Origin: Phoronis australis
Taxonomy: Eukaryota > Animalia > Phoronida
Reading direction: 5' to 3'
DNA length: 64,000 nucleotides
NCBI GenBank assembly: GCA_002633005.1
Contig: NMRA01000358.1
Span: 373,213 to 437,212, forward strand
The first letter of the stretch is position 1; each line of letters starts with the position of its first letter. Positions 50,813-62,276 of this stretch are shown one piece after another. A program made the translations under genes and the position numbers. The notes beneath the pieces are model-generated. The model did no database searches. It saw only the letters and a list, made by a program, of their open reading frames with translations, and had not been told where the DNA came from.

Positions 50813-52569
50813 ACAAGTCCAATACAAAATGTTATCATTTTTATTCATTAAGCCAAAATCATTCAACCTTTTACATAACAAGTAACTCAAAATGCACATT
50901 CCTTTACAATATTTAGCATTACAAACACTATTCAATAGCAAAAGTTTCCATGATATGAAAGTGGACATACATTAACTGTTACCATGGTGACCGAATAGTG
51001 TTTCCTTACAACAGAATTTGACAAGCATGATTAAAAAAATATGAAGTTGCAAGGAACAGGAATTGGAGGCTTGAAGCTTCACAATCCAACATACCTTATT
51101 TCTCAAATCAAGATAATTCATATTGTTGACTTGATAACCTGAATTACGACGCAATAAGTTACAAAACATGACTTGAAAGCAATTTAGACTTAAAATTTAG
51201 AAAAATATGAATCATTTTGTGACACCTAATCAAGCCTTGAACAGAAGTTGACAGTCAAACAAAAAAACATTTCAAATTTTCAACTATTTTTTTAGCTTAG
51301 TGTAAGATCACCTGAATGGAAATTCACAGTAAAATAATATATCTTATTTTTGCACAAAAACACGAAAATCGTAAAAAGTTCCTTTTTTGTAGCAACGTTT
51401 GTCAAAATGTATCAACGTTAAATCTTCACAAATTACAAAGTAACAGGTTGAACATGCCTTCCAGTTCAGCAAAAGTCGCCATGTTGTCGGTGCCGCCAGA
51501 CTTGAGACGACGTCTAACGGGAATTGTGAGCACATTTATCACTTAATGAGTAACAACTGCGAGGCTGAAATTTGGTGAACACTGTTGAATCGTGCAGAAT
51601 AGTAAGTAAAGATATGTCTCACTAAATTTCACCGTAAATTGTTGGCGAAAACAATTTACGCAACGTTTCAAACTCGTAACTTATCCCGCTGTCCTCCAAT
51701 ATGGCCGACGCGATCCAAACAAAGTGACCCAAATTTCGCCACAAAAATTGCGATAACTTTACACTGCTTGCCCCGATTTTGATACTTTTTCGATTTTTAA
51801 AGAGTAGAATGCACTACCTTTCCGTATTTTTTCAAAACGAGAAAAAAATCAAAACGAAAAAAATTGGTTCGACTCATAATGGTTCCTAGTTTCGACCGCC
51901 CAACGTAGGGAACTAAACACCAATGCTATCGAGCAAGCGATAGCAAATTCAGTTACAAGGAAAAAATGGCGTCGTTCAGGACAAGTTCTTGAGCCGGAAA
52001 TGTGGGTACGGAAATAACCGATGACAGCCGGTAATTATACCAAAGCCTAAAAGTGACGTTTTAATCAGCAAATGGTGGATTAATTAACTGGGTGTACTCC
52101 TGTACGAGCAACCTAACCTGTCAACATTGTTTGACCACTCGAAAGCTAAACACAAATATGTTTTAAGGTTTGCACTCTTTTTAATATTTCTTGCCAATAT
52201 CGGAATTTTGGCTCTGGGTTATAGTCTTGTAAGTGTGTGACCCGCCGCCTCTGCGATCACTTTCTGGTTCATTATAACCATACACACTGTACATGACAAC
52301 CCTTTCCATAGCACTGACGAAAACGAATTAAATATAGTGAATCAAGAGTCAAAATGCATTGCATGCCTACCTACTTACCTTAAAAAATCTGCAATGACTG
52401 ATCATGCTCTTGATTTTAATCATGTAAGTAATTGGGATGATGCTCGTCCTGTTGAGTAGGAAAATAATTTAAGATCTAAAGTCAGACGGTACATTCATAG
52501 TGAAATAACGTACAGCTAGTGTTAGGCTACTAAACTTTTTTAAATGAAAACTGTACATTATGTCTCAAA

Positions 52570-52900
52570 ATGCTGTTAGGAATTTTGATTATTGATGGCA
52601 GTCACCACGTCTTTCAATCTACCGTCGAAGTACTTTCTATCTGCTGGAATAACTTCACATCCTATCCTAACCCTACCGTTCACTACGTTTCCGTTTTTCA
52701 CCACAAGGTTCCTTAATATTGCCGGTATGCATTTCATCCGCTACCTTGTAATAATTCGTTCTAAACCCTTCAAAAGCAATCTCCCATCGATGAGAAACTT
52801 TGTTGTCAAAGACATTTCATCCACGAATGCCCTTTTAGGGGATTGTCTCGCCCCTGATGCCCACTACTTTTCTGCTCTAGTTACTTGTCTAGCCGGTTCG
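52570..52900 (-). mobile_element. decayed LINE reverse transcriptase fragment, R2-group (Hero-like)
   Basis: Minus strand ASGARQSPKRAFVDEMSLTT...LKGLERIITR*RMKCIPAILRNLVVKNG...IPA resembles SGxRQPPIRAFMDDL...LKGLExxIxWARMxFKPxKSRSLVxKKG. Confidence 0.75.
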
Positions 52901-53399
52901 TTGCTGTAGCCAAAAAACTCACTGACACTGTGCACCCACCTCTTGCCTTAGCCACGCTGTAACATAGCACAGAACTTACTTGTTGATTACTGCAAATTTC
53001 GGTCTCAATTTCTGCTAATGGCAGATAAGCAACTGACGTATCCATTGCTCACGTTTATCGGCAAAAGGTCTTGGAACACCCAGTTTAAAACCAGTAATCA
53101 ATCCACATGGGACAAACGCGCCGTCCGCAATGTTCAACATGACCCATCGAAGAGTTAGTTATACCATGCAGCACAACGAGTAAGATAGCTTGGATTTAGG
53201 ATTTGCACTCGTTTTACTAATGCTAGATCATCTACGAATAAGTATTAGCATTCGCATTATGGTGAGAACTCTTTGGGTGAGGATTAATACTCTCTGAATT
53301 CGGTTACCAACAATTTTGGTTGGATATTTCAAGTATTTTTTCTTCTGTGACGTAATCAATGGAAGTAAAATCTCCGCCATTGGGTTGTTCTACACCGGC

Positions 53400-54622
53400 C
53401 GTGAAACGGACTGGCCTCGAAGAGTCGAACATTGCTTGAGAAGAATACTATGAAAAAGTCCGTGTGCGGAGGATGCAGTAATAGCAATATGACAGACATT
53501 ATGTCACTTTTTGTATCAAAAAACCCTAAGATCGTCCAGAAATGGCACGGGTTTGGGCGTCGGACACGGGTATGGCGGTGCACGGTGGTGCAAGCGACCA
53601 GCTCCGGGGCCGCGCGCTGTGCTTACCCCATTTTGAAGAATCGTACTTCGACCCGAGATTTGCTGAAAGTTTCTCTAACGTTTAAGTGCGTTTGGTGGAC
53701 AAAAAGTATATTGTGTAGTGCCATTCCTCGGAACGATGTATGGGCCTCAGCATCAAGATTACTGAGATAATTAATGTGATGAAGTAAGAAATTTCTCATC
53801 AGTCTATTCTAGTTCAAGATTTTGTGGCAGCGCATGCTATACACATATACGACAATTCACAACTGTAGAAATGGAATGTAGATGTCAGGCAAATTGCTTG
53901 AGGTCACGACCGCAACCGGGACAGAGGCTAGAGTCGGGCACTGGAACTAAATAATCGACGAGTCTCAACAGTACAAAGCTTGCATACGTTTTGGAACAAA
54001 CAATCATTTACCATAAGTAAAATTAAGTTACAATAACAATAATTAGATATCATCATTCCTCACACAAGCACTCGGTATTCGAGGAAATGAAATCAATATG
54101 GCCGCTATTTGCGACTGCGGTTTGACAGTCAAGGTAAAACCTTCGGTTACAGAATTTCAGTTCGACACACACGCGCGCGCATGCACGCACATCCACACGC
54201 ATATATACTGCTCGACACTAAAGTGGTTACAAATGTAAGTTGTGATCCAATAAAAGTAATACATGTAATTACTATTCAGAAATGTCACTTTTGACATCAG
54301 GACTGTCCGCAGACTGAGTAGGCACCGACTCGGCTTCACTTGCCAAAGACGCCGATGCGGGAGGGTAGAGTTTACGAGTAGGGTCTCAGACACGCAAATT
54401 GTACCGATATGGCGAGGGCTAACTCATTATCTGTTTCATGTATGTCCTTAATGTCGCCATCAACCTCATCTCCTTACCTGTCTTCACAATACTCGCTCTC
54501 TGAGTCTTCGTATCCTTACAAAATCACTACTATCCGCCATTACACCTCAGTATTCTGCTGTCATCTGACCAGCTTCTACCGTTGACATCACCTGGCGAGC
54601 CCAAAAATCAGTAACTTTTCTT
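53400..54622 (+). mobile_element. THAP-domain relic, probably a Kolobok-like transposon
   Basis: MKKSVCGGCSNS...SLFVSKNPKIVQKW..F.RRTR.W followed by frameshifted LCLPHFEESYF (THAP CxxC...CxxHF). Termini uncertain. Confidence 0.6.
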
Positions 54623-54709
54623 TAAAATTCAAAATTCCGCAATTATTTCCCAAAATTATTGTTTATTTAGTTAGATTTTATGTTATAAAATTATTATATG
54701 CATGGTCTA

Positions 54710-54914
54710 CATGCGCGTACCCAGGGGGGGGATGGGGGCATAAAGGTCCGTCTCAAAGACACAAAAAGATCGAGAAACAAAAGTTCACTGAAAAGGCACA
54801 GGCGCACAGTGAAGGTGATACCCCGTTTTTTAGTCCTCCCCACTTTTTGTCAGCAAAAGGTCCACATCGCCAGAAATTCGAGCCCCCCCATATCAAAAGC
54901 TTGGTGCACGCATG
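54710..54914. mobile_element. CATGCG-family MITE
   Basis: CATGCGCGTACCCA...TTGGTGCACGCATG with a perfect 5-bp TSD GTCTA. Confidence 0.9.
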
Positions 54915-54959
54915 GTCTAAAACCTCAAAAACTGTAAAATTCATTGTATGAACACTTTG

Positions 54960-55642
54960 AAGATTGGTTCTCAGCTGACACTGAACTTAGGATTTGTGTT
55001 TCCTTTATTGTTGGGGGATGGCCTACGATTTAGGATTAGCACTCCTACAGTAGTGAATTTATTCTGAGGATAGCAGTCATTTGAATATCACCGTCAGCTA
55101 ATAATTTATTTTGTATTAGCACTCGTTTTTTACATTCTAAGATCCCAATGGGTGTAGCATTTGTACGGGAAATACTGTTATTGATTCACGTTATCATGTT
55201 GCTTTTGGATTACGGTTCTGGTTTTATTCAAATCAGATCATGCTACACTTAGGGATTTATAATGATTATCACTTTACCATTTTCAGATCACGTTAGATTT
55301 TGAATTATTACTCCTTTTATTATTGTCAAACCGCGTTTGATTTACCATTGGTACTCGTATTACTACTAGGCGTATTGTCAGGTCATGTTGCATTACGGAT
55401 AAGCAATCGTTTTACTCAGATTATTCTATCAGTCTTAGGGTTTGTTTTAGAAATTCCGATCACGTTGAATTTAGTATTGGAACTCATGTTACTTAGTGTC
55501 AGATCACGATGGATTTGGTATGATCACTAGTTTCCGTCGCCAGATCACGCTGAATTAGGGATTAGAACTCAATTAACTACATGCACAATAATTGTCAGAT
55601 CACGTTTGATATGATTCAAATTTATTCTGTCAGATCACGCCG
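54960..55642. repeat. old degenerate tandem repeat with recurring (GT)CAGATCACG...TTAGGGATT core, ~35-55-bp spacing
   Basis: CAGATCA(C/T)G occurs at ~55233, 55284, 55500, 55542, 55596 and 55631, with variants in between. Confidence 0.55.
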
Positions 55643-56450
55643 CTGTCTTGAAACTATGTCGTCCATTCTTTTTCTCTCAGCGCTGAATCGATTGTGACTT
55701 TCTGTGCATTAAAGCTGTTGTTGTGTCTGTCACTTTTTGAACTGTGCAATGCCTGAGAAAAGAGTGTCACTCTTCAACACGCTTAACTAACCTTCAGATA
55801 GGAAACACTTTCGTTGAGTGCAGGAGTCAGACGTGAAATACATTTACACTTCACCCTGAACTGCAATGGAAATCCAATTTTGAACTGTCATCGTACCGCA
55901 GACGTTCAGCAGCCACCTCGTAAGCGAAACAGAACTAATTTTCCTCAGTACTGTGTAGTAATTGTCACATCGAAGTAAAAAAATCAGCGTTTTACAACTA
56001 GTGTTAAACGCAGTTTTCCCGGATTGATATGTTGTTGTCTTAAATTAAATTAAACGGAAAAAATAGCGTGACATTTGTAACACTTTTGGTTCCACAATTG
56101 TTATTTAAGGACAGCGAAGCGCGTGATTTCCTCGGGTGGCTAGTGTTTTGAGGTGAGCCCAGTACAATATTTTATTGACTCCAAATCGTTCCTCATGTCC
56201 CGTCCACACAAGTACGTTTTCGTTTGTAATCTCGCACGTTGATGCTTGTAACAACGTCAATGCTTGCAAATGGCACTGGGCAACAGCTTCGCTACTAAGA
56301 AAAACTCACAGAATTGAACAGTGTGTAGAAACACTGTTTTGCTGCACAACGTGAACCTTTCTTTTATGTACTCGTAACTGAGGCCATGACCAATTAAAAG
56401 TAAGGTTTTGTTGCGCGGTCTTGTTCAACTGCGTTCGTCTGTTTTTACAG

Positions 56451-56647
56451 CATTGGCGATTTTAGCATGGAATACGACAACGCGCTAGCCAGCGTCAACT
56501 ACAATGGCACAGTGTTCTTCTCGCCCATCGTCAAATTGGACAGCATCTGTGGGATGGACATCGCTCTGTTTCCATTTGATGATCAGACGTGCGAAATGAG
56601 AATAGCTTCTTGGATGTACGATATGTCTATGGTGGACGTTGTAAAGT
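56451..56647 (+). CDS. nAChR alpha-type subunit exon (loop E, Cys-loop, loop B): IGDFSMEYDNALASVNYNGTVFFSPIVKLDSICGMDIALFPFDDQTCEMRIASWMYDMSMVDVVK
   Basis: tttttacag acceptor and gtgagt donor; 197 nt, phase 2 to 1. Cys-loop C-x13-C with FPFD, and SWxYD. Confidence 0.97.
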
Positions 56648-57780
56648 GTGAGTTACGGATGTACAACACGTACATGTATATGATAGATACTGGATAGTGG
56701 GGGTTGTGGCTTTATGACACATCTGTGGTGGATATTTGAAAGTTAAGTACATGAATGCGCACTATGTCTAATGTGAACATTGGAAATACAGTGGCGGATC
56801 TAGGATACCATAAGTGGGGGCCCAACATGTTGTCTGGGGAATTGGGCAAAGCGCCATTGTATGTGCAGCACAGGCCCGAAGGTGCGGAGCCGGGTATGTG
56901 AACCTTCTGTTCGTAAAACCTACCGGTGGACTAAAAAAATAAGAAATAAAAAACCCGAACGCCGCCATCTGCGGTAAACCCTTCTCCGCGTCCTAGTTGC
57001 TTATTCAATATTTCCTCGCGCTCGCTTCACGCTGTTGCTGTTCCATTTTTGCTTACGGCAGCCAAGGGGGGACCCTGACCCCCCAAATCCGCCTATGAAA
57101 TAGTAAGCAATGGATGCACGATAATCTAAGGTGAATATTAGGACGAGTACGCTGTGTCTATGGTGGACATTGGGTAGATTTAGTTATGGGTGTACGATAT
57201 GTGCGATAACTCTATGGTGGATATTAGACGTATGAGTTATTCATGCATGTTATGTTTTTATTGTGAACATTAGAAAGTGTGAGTTATGGATTTACAATAT
57301 GTCTGGATTAGATATTGGAATATGAGAGCTAAAGACGTAGGATATGGCTATGGTGGATATCCGAAAGCATAGGTTATGGATGTGTGATATGTCTATTGCG
57401 GATGTTGGACAGAGTGTGTTATGGATGATATAAGGTGAATATTGAGAAGAATGAGTTATGGATTTGAGGTACGATATGTGTCCGGTGGAAATTAGACAAA
57501 TAAGTTATGGGTGCACAATATGTCTGTGGTGGGAACAGGAAAGTGTGAACTATGGACATGCGATATGTCTCGAGTGGATATTGGAAAGTATGAGTTTTAA
57601 ATGTTCATGTATAATACGTCGATGGTGATTTTTGGAAAGAATGGGTTATGGATGAACGATGTGTCTATAGTGAATTTTGGAACGAGTAAATGATGGATGT
57701 ACGCTATGCTTATGGCGGACATTTTTAAGAGTAAGATACGGGTACTCAATATGCCTTTGGTGTATGTTGAACCTGCATAT
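56608..57780. repeat. 45-bp minisatellite (TTATGGATGTACGATATGTCTATGGTGGATATTGGAAAGTGTGAG) whose first unit overlaps the exon end and donor
   Basis: About 18-20 degenerate units, interrupted by a MITE at 56789-57097. Confidence 0.9.
56789..57097. mobile_element. CAGTGGCGGAT-family MITE inserted in the minisatellite
   Basis: CAGTGGCGGATCTAGGATACCATAAG...AAATCCGCCTATG with a perfect 5-bp TSD AAATA. Confidence 0.9.
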
Positions 57781-57905
57781 GGTAACACTATATAAAAACT
57801 AGAGCCACCCACATCACGGATTTTGTGATATCTGCCGGTTGCCAAGTTGCATATCGATTTCTTTTTCTTCGAAGTGCTGTTCAATCAACCATGCTTATTT
57901 TTCAG

Positions 57906-58162
57906 ACAAAGAAAACGTTGTGTTGGACAAGTACACGAAATCCGGCGAGTGGGACATTGTCAACACCAGTGTAGTGAGGATAGAAAGCATATACCCCTGT
58001 TGCCCCGACGTAATTTATCCGATCGTAACGTTTAAGCTGCATCTGCGCAGACGCCGCGTTTACTACATAGTGAACCTCATCGTGCCTTGCATATTGTTAT
58101 CCATGATAGCAGCGTTTGGTATACTTGTTCCGCCGGAAACAGGGGAGAAAGTTACTGTACAG
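57906..58162 (+). CDS. nAChR alpha-type subunit exon (loop F, loop C with vicinal CC, M1, start of M2): (Y)KENVVLDKYTKSGEWDIV...IYPCCPDVIYP...RRRRVYYIVNLIVPCILLS...PPETGEKVTVQ
   Basis: ttttcag acceptor and gtaagg donor; 257 nt, phase 1 to 0. YxCC defines an alpha subunit, and the GEK cation-filter motif is present. Confidence 0.97.
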
Positions 58163-58866
58163 GTAAGGTTGATAATAAACGATTGCAGTAATTCCAGTTT
58201 AGGCAGAAGCCATTAAAACCTCGGAGGCGTCGCCCTATCGGGTATTCGGTATCTCAGAGACTTAGCAGACGTTATGTTACAGGATATGGAATATAGAGTT
58301 GTATTCCGAAAGATATGATGAATTGCTCTCTGGTTTAGCTAACCTGCCGAGATGTCCATAAATGTAGCTAGAAAACACAGGAACCATACCCAAATTAAGT
58401 AAATGGTTAACCCTCGGTCAAGCTTAACGTTTGGCTAACTTCAGAAATGGTTGATCGGATTCAAATGAATTTTTGATGCCACGCTCTCTTTCTCTAAACA
58501 CCGATGTGATTTCTTTTTAAAATGTCTCATATTCTCATGAAGTGCAGTAGAATATTGGATCTATGGTTTTCATAAAATAATTGTTGCATAAAACGCAAAA
58601 CCACATAATCTACAGCTGTAAGAGTTCGAAACACCAAACGTTTTGTTGTAATGGGAAACTGTTTTTTGTCGGACCTTGGTATGCCACTGAATGGACCGTA
58701 ATTAATTATAAACATTTTAATTCTTCCAGAAATATTCTACATGGCTACACATTGTAGTATCGTGTGTATTTGAATCAATACTCAGATTTGGTCATGAATT
58801 TACTCATATTCGTATGCTGCTAACACATCAGTCCTATGTTGTGATTCTGTCGTTTTGCCCTTGTAG

Positions 58867-58951
58867 GTGTCTGTGATGATGGCCTTGATGGTGTACCTCG
58901 TCTTGCTAGCAAGTCGCTTGCCAGAGACATCTGACGCCACCCCCTTAATTG
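58867..58951 (+). CDS. nAChR alpha-type subunit exon (M2 and M2-M3 loop): VSVMMALMVYLVLLASRLPETSDATPLI(G); the gene presumably continues beyond the window
   Basis: cccttgtag acceptor and gtgagc donor; 85 nt, phase 0 to 1. Carries the PxTSDxxPLIG motif. Confidence 0.95.
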
Positions 58952-59439
58952 GTGAGCATTCTGGTCACCTCTTTTCTCGTGAAATGTTAAAAAGAAAACG
59001 ACGCCTTGTCTTATTACAGGTCCATCTTCTGGCTGAATGGGAAAGCACCCGACATAGCCTGGATCACGTGACAATCTCACACATGGTGGGGCGGGCCAGT
59101 AGTGATCTGTGTTGCTTGTCACGTGATCATGACATCTACTGATAGATGCTCAACACTCAGTCTGAAGATGACCATGTGATAAGGTTGTAACGTCACTCTC
59201 TTAAAGAGAAACTTGCAAGGTATAAACCAATCTGAACAACAATATGGTCTAAATTCTCGTTTAGAATTGTAATTGCTACATTCTTAACATTAACTGAATT
59301 GTACGTCGCTATACAAAATCATTTACGTATTTAGTGCCGTGGTGATGTAACGCCCTTGTTATAACGGAATATAGAAACGGTGCCATTTTCGTTCATTACA
59401 CATCTGTGACGTGGTGTAGGGGAACACAAAGGAAACAAT

Positions 59440-59712
59440 ATGTGTCCAAGTGAGTACAGCAGCGTAGATGAAGTATACTTTGAAAGATACAGGGACGGAC
59501 AGGTGGACTTTTCAGACGATTCCGAGCTTTCGGAGTGGAGGAGGAGGTGACAGATCCCATAGGAACAATTTGTGTTCACAGAGGAGCCGTTCTCCCTCGA
59601 TCCCTTTCACGGCCCTTGCTCCGGTCGTCGAAGACTCAGCCCCAGCCGGTTCGTCCAGTAAACTTCCACGGGCAGAAGGTGCACAGGAGTTGCGATTGGA
59701 TGTTAGTGACTG
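59440..59712 (+). pseudogene. exon 1 of a P2X7-C-terminal (ballast)-like / Kolobok KolX pseudogene
   Basis: ATG followed by an acidic stretch (DEVYFE...DFSDDSE) with frameshifts. Ends ELRLDVSD-TG|gtaag, which completes a Trp codon with the exon at 62938. Confidence 0.65.
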
Positions 59713-59854
59713 GTAAGAATATTATTAATATGTATCCTACAACCAGAAATTATTACTGGTCTTTTAATTCACAATTCAGTAGGTGCTTTACCTGTCAGTC
59801 CCAGGGGCCCACATCCCTTATAGTGAATCGTGTTTCAGCCGTGGATAAATACTA

Positions 59855-62276
59855 CCGTAATCGTTCGGGTTAACCCCCATGCTCAGTTAACCGCCCATCC
59901 CCGACTTTAAGTGGATTTTCGATTTAACGGCCCATTGCTCGGTTAACCGCCCCCTGCGATTTTTGAAGATTTCCAGTTAAGCGCCCACCTCTCGGTTAAG
60001 TGCCCATCCCCGACTTTTAAAGAATGAAGATTTAGCGCCTAGTGCTAAGGAAACGCGCGATTCCCCGACTTTTAGAAAAAGATCGATGATCACAACGAGT
60101 GCAACGACGCCGGGACTCCGAGACGGTGGTTTAGCAATCTGAATTACAATACAGGTAACGAGTTATTGTCTTGGGTCATGAACTCACTTCAAAATATAAT
60201 ACTTGAACCTTTTTGTCACTTTATTTTCTTCCCTTGTTTGCAAAGTTTAAGAACGCCGCCGGCGTCAAAACCTCCGCTTTCAGCGACTTTGTCTGCCGCG
60301 CTGAGTTTCCGTCTGCAGTGCACTAGATAAAACATATATTCGAAAAAATCAGGCCAGAGAAATGTGACAATGGTTTTGCCAACCCTCCAAATTCTATTAA
60401 GGTGGGAAGCTCTCGTATTTTGAACAAATCTCACAACTCACGGAAAGATGTCAAATTCTCAATATTTTGATGAATATAACTGCCGGGTTATAGAGGATGT
60501 GGGGCGACCGAAGGGACAGTACAAGTGCCTTACTGGGTTACCGATTTCGTTGCTGCCTGTCGATTTCTGAATTCAAACGTTGGCAATAATGTATGTTTGT
60601 GTATGATCTTGAAGTAATAAAAAACGGCTAGTCAAATTTTGTTTTTCGCTTATTGCATCTCAGTCAAACTGGTTAGCAGATTTAACTAATGTCGCTGGCT
60701 GTTCTTTACTATTCTTGCGTCAGCCTGCACGTAAGCGTGACTGTGTGAATTATCGTTTCCACATCCCCTTTTTAGCCATCCAGAATAATTTTGTTTATAC
60801 ATTGGCCATTTTCAGCCTGAACAAAAATTCTTACCATTCGAGTCTGAAATATCTACGACGTAGACTGCTTGACGATAGTGGGTAGGAGATTCACACAGCT
60901 AGTTACAGGGATGGGCTTAGGGAGCATCGAGCCGGGAAATATGGCAATAGACTTGACATCGCAGTTTTGGGGAACATTGGCAACGGAGGAATATCGTAAA
61001 GAACTGGGTCTTTCGTAACAACAGCTTAAAAGCACATAGTCACGCTCGTTTTTGTTACTTCGGACTGTCGCTATGTGTGACTGATTTGTAGTGGTGCACG
61101 TGCGCAAGTTCCCACACTTTGGAGTGCATGTTACCTTGACACCAACATGTGATTGACAGGTGACTCACACGTAGGCCCTACGTGCGTGCTGAATACCGCC
61201 ACTATCTTTGGCCATAAAAAACGAGATGCATATTGAAAGAGGCCGTTATATTACTTGACGGCATTTCCAAGTCACGATTGTCAGCCGACTGAGACATTGC
61301 GCGATAACAGCGGGACCGAACAGTGCCGCAGTGCGATATTACAAGTGATATAAATAGGATAATCTGGACATCTTGCATGAAAAATAAATGTTTTTCTACC
61401 ACGAAGTTTGGTAAGGTGATCGTTTAGAATAATGAATTGAAACATTGCTGTTTTCTGACATTTTGTAACATATTTATGCAGTTGCTTGAAATTTTATTCT
61501 TGATCGACGACTGGCTCGATCACCCCCGATCCTTGTCTTACTTCTTTGCATAGCATGTTTGGCGCAACGGCAAGAGAGCAATGCCGGGCTGTCGAGATAA
61601 GACAGCTAGCCGCAGAACCATCCGCTGAAAATGTCATTGAGTCACGGAGTGTCGATTATAACATCACAAACACAAAAAAACAATAGAGTTAAGTTTTTCA
61701 AACTTTTATTACAACCTATTTTAAAACTGCTCTCTGAGTCGGAACTTGACAGCTACATATAGTACGAGACTGTAATCATAAATTTGATGTCTGACCTCTG
61801 CAACACGTGAAGCTTGCACGCGCGCACTTATACAGGGTCACATCTTGAAACAGTTTTAATTCTAGTGGAGGCTGCGAGGTCACTGGTCGTCTGCGCACCG
61901 CAGGACGGCACGGGGCTATTGCTCAGCAATTTTGTAAATTTAATAGTGAATGACTAATCTGAGGGCAAGAGAACCTTTTTTGGGATCATCCGCTGTTATG
62001 ATGTTTTCACAGTCATTTGGCGACGTGACGATAAAGCTCTTTGAAAAGGGCTACGCGTTCCGAGTATGATTGTCGTGTCGGGATTTAGATCGCCATGTAA
62101 GATTAACCGCCCAGGGCGGTTGTCTGTCGTAATAAGCGCCCATGTTCGGTTAACCGCCCATCCCCTACTTTAGGTGGATTTTCAATTTAACCGCCCACTG
62201 CTCGGTTAACCGCCCTCCCCCGATTTTTTGGATTCGCCAATTTAACCGCCCAGGGCGTTAACCCGAACGATTACGG
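59855..62276. mobile_element. Tc1/mariner-superfamily (Tc2-like, CCGTA terminus) non-autonomous element, 2.4 kb
   Basis: Perfect TIR CCGTAATCGTTCGGGTTAAC, TA TSD on both sides, and subterminal TTAACCGCCCA repeats at both ends. Confidence 0.9.

Noticed and set aside
56648-57780. In-frame alternative donors adding 15-aa repeats to the receptor
   Set aside because: An in-frame stop at 56695-56697 precedes every downstream donor-like site.
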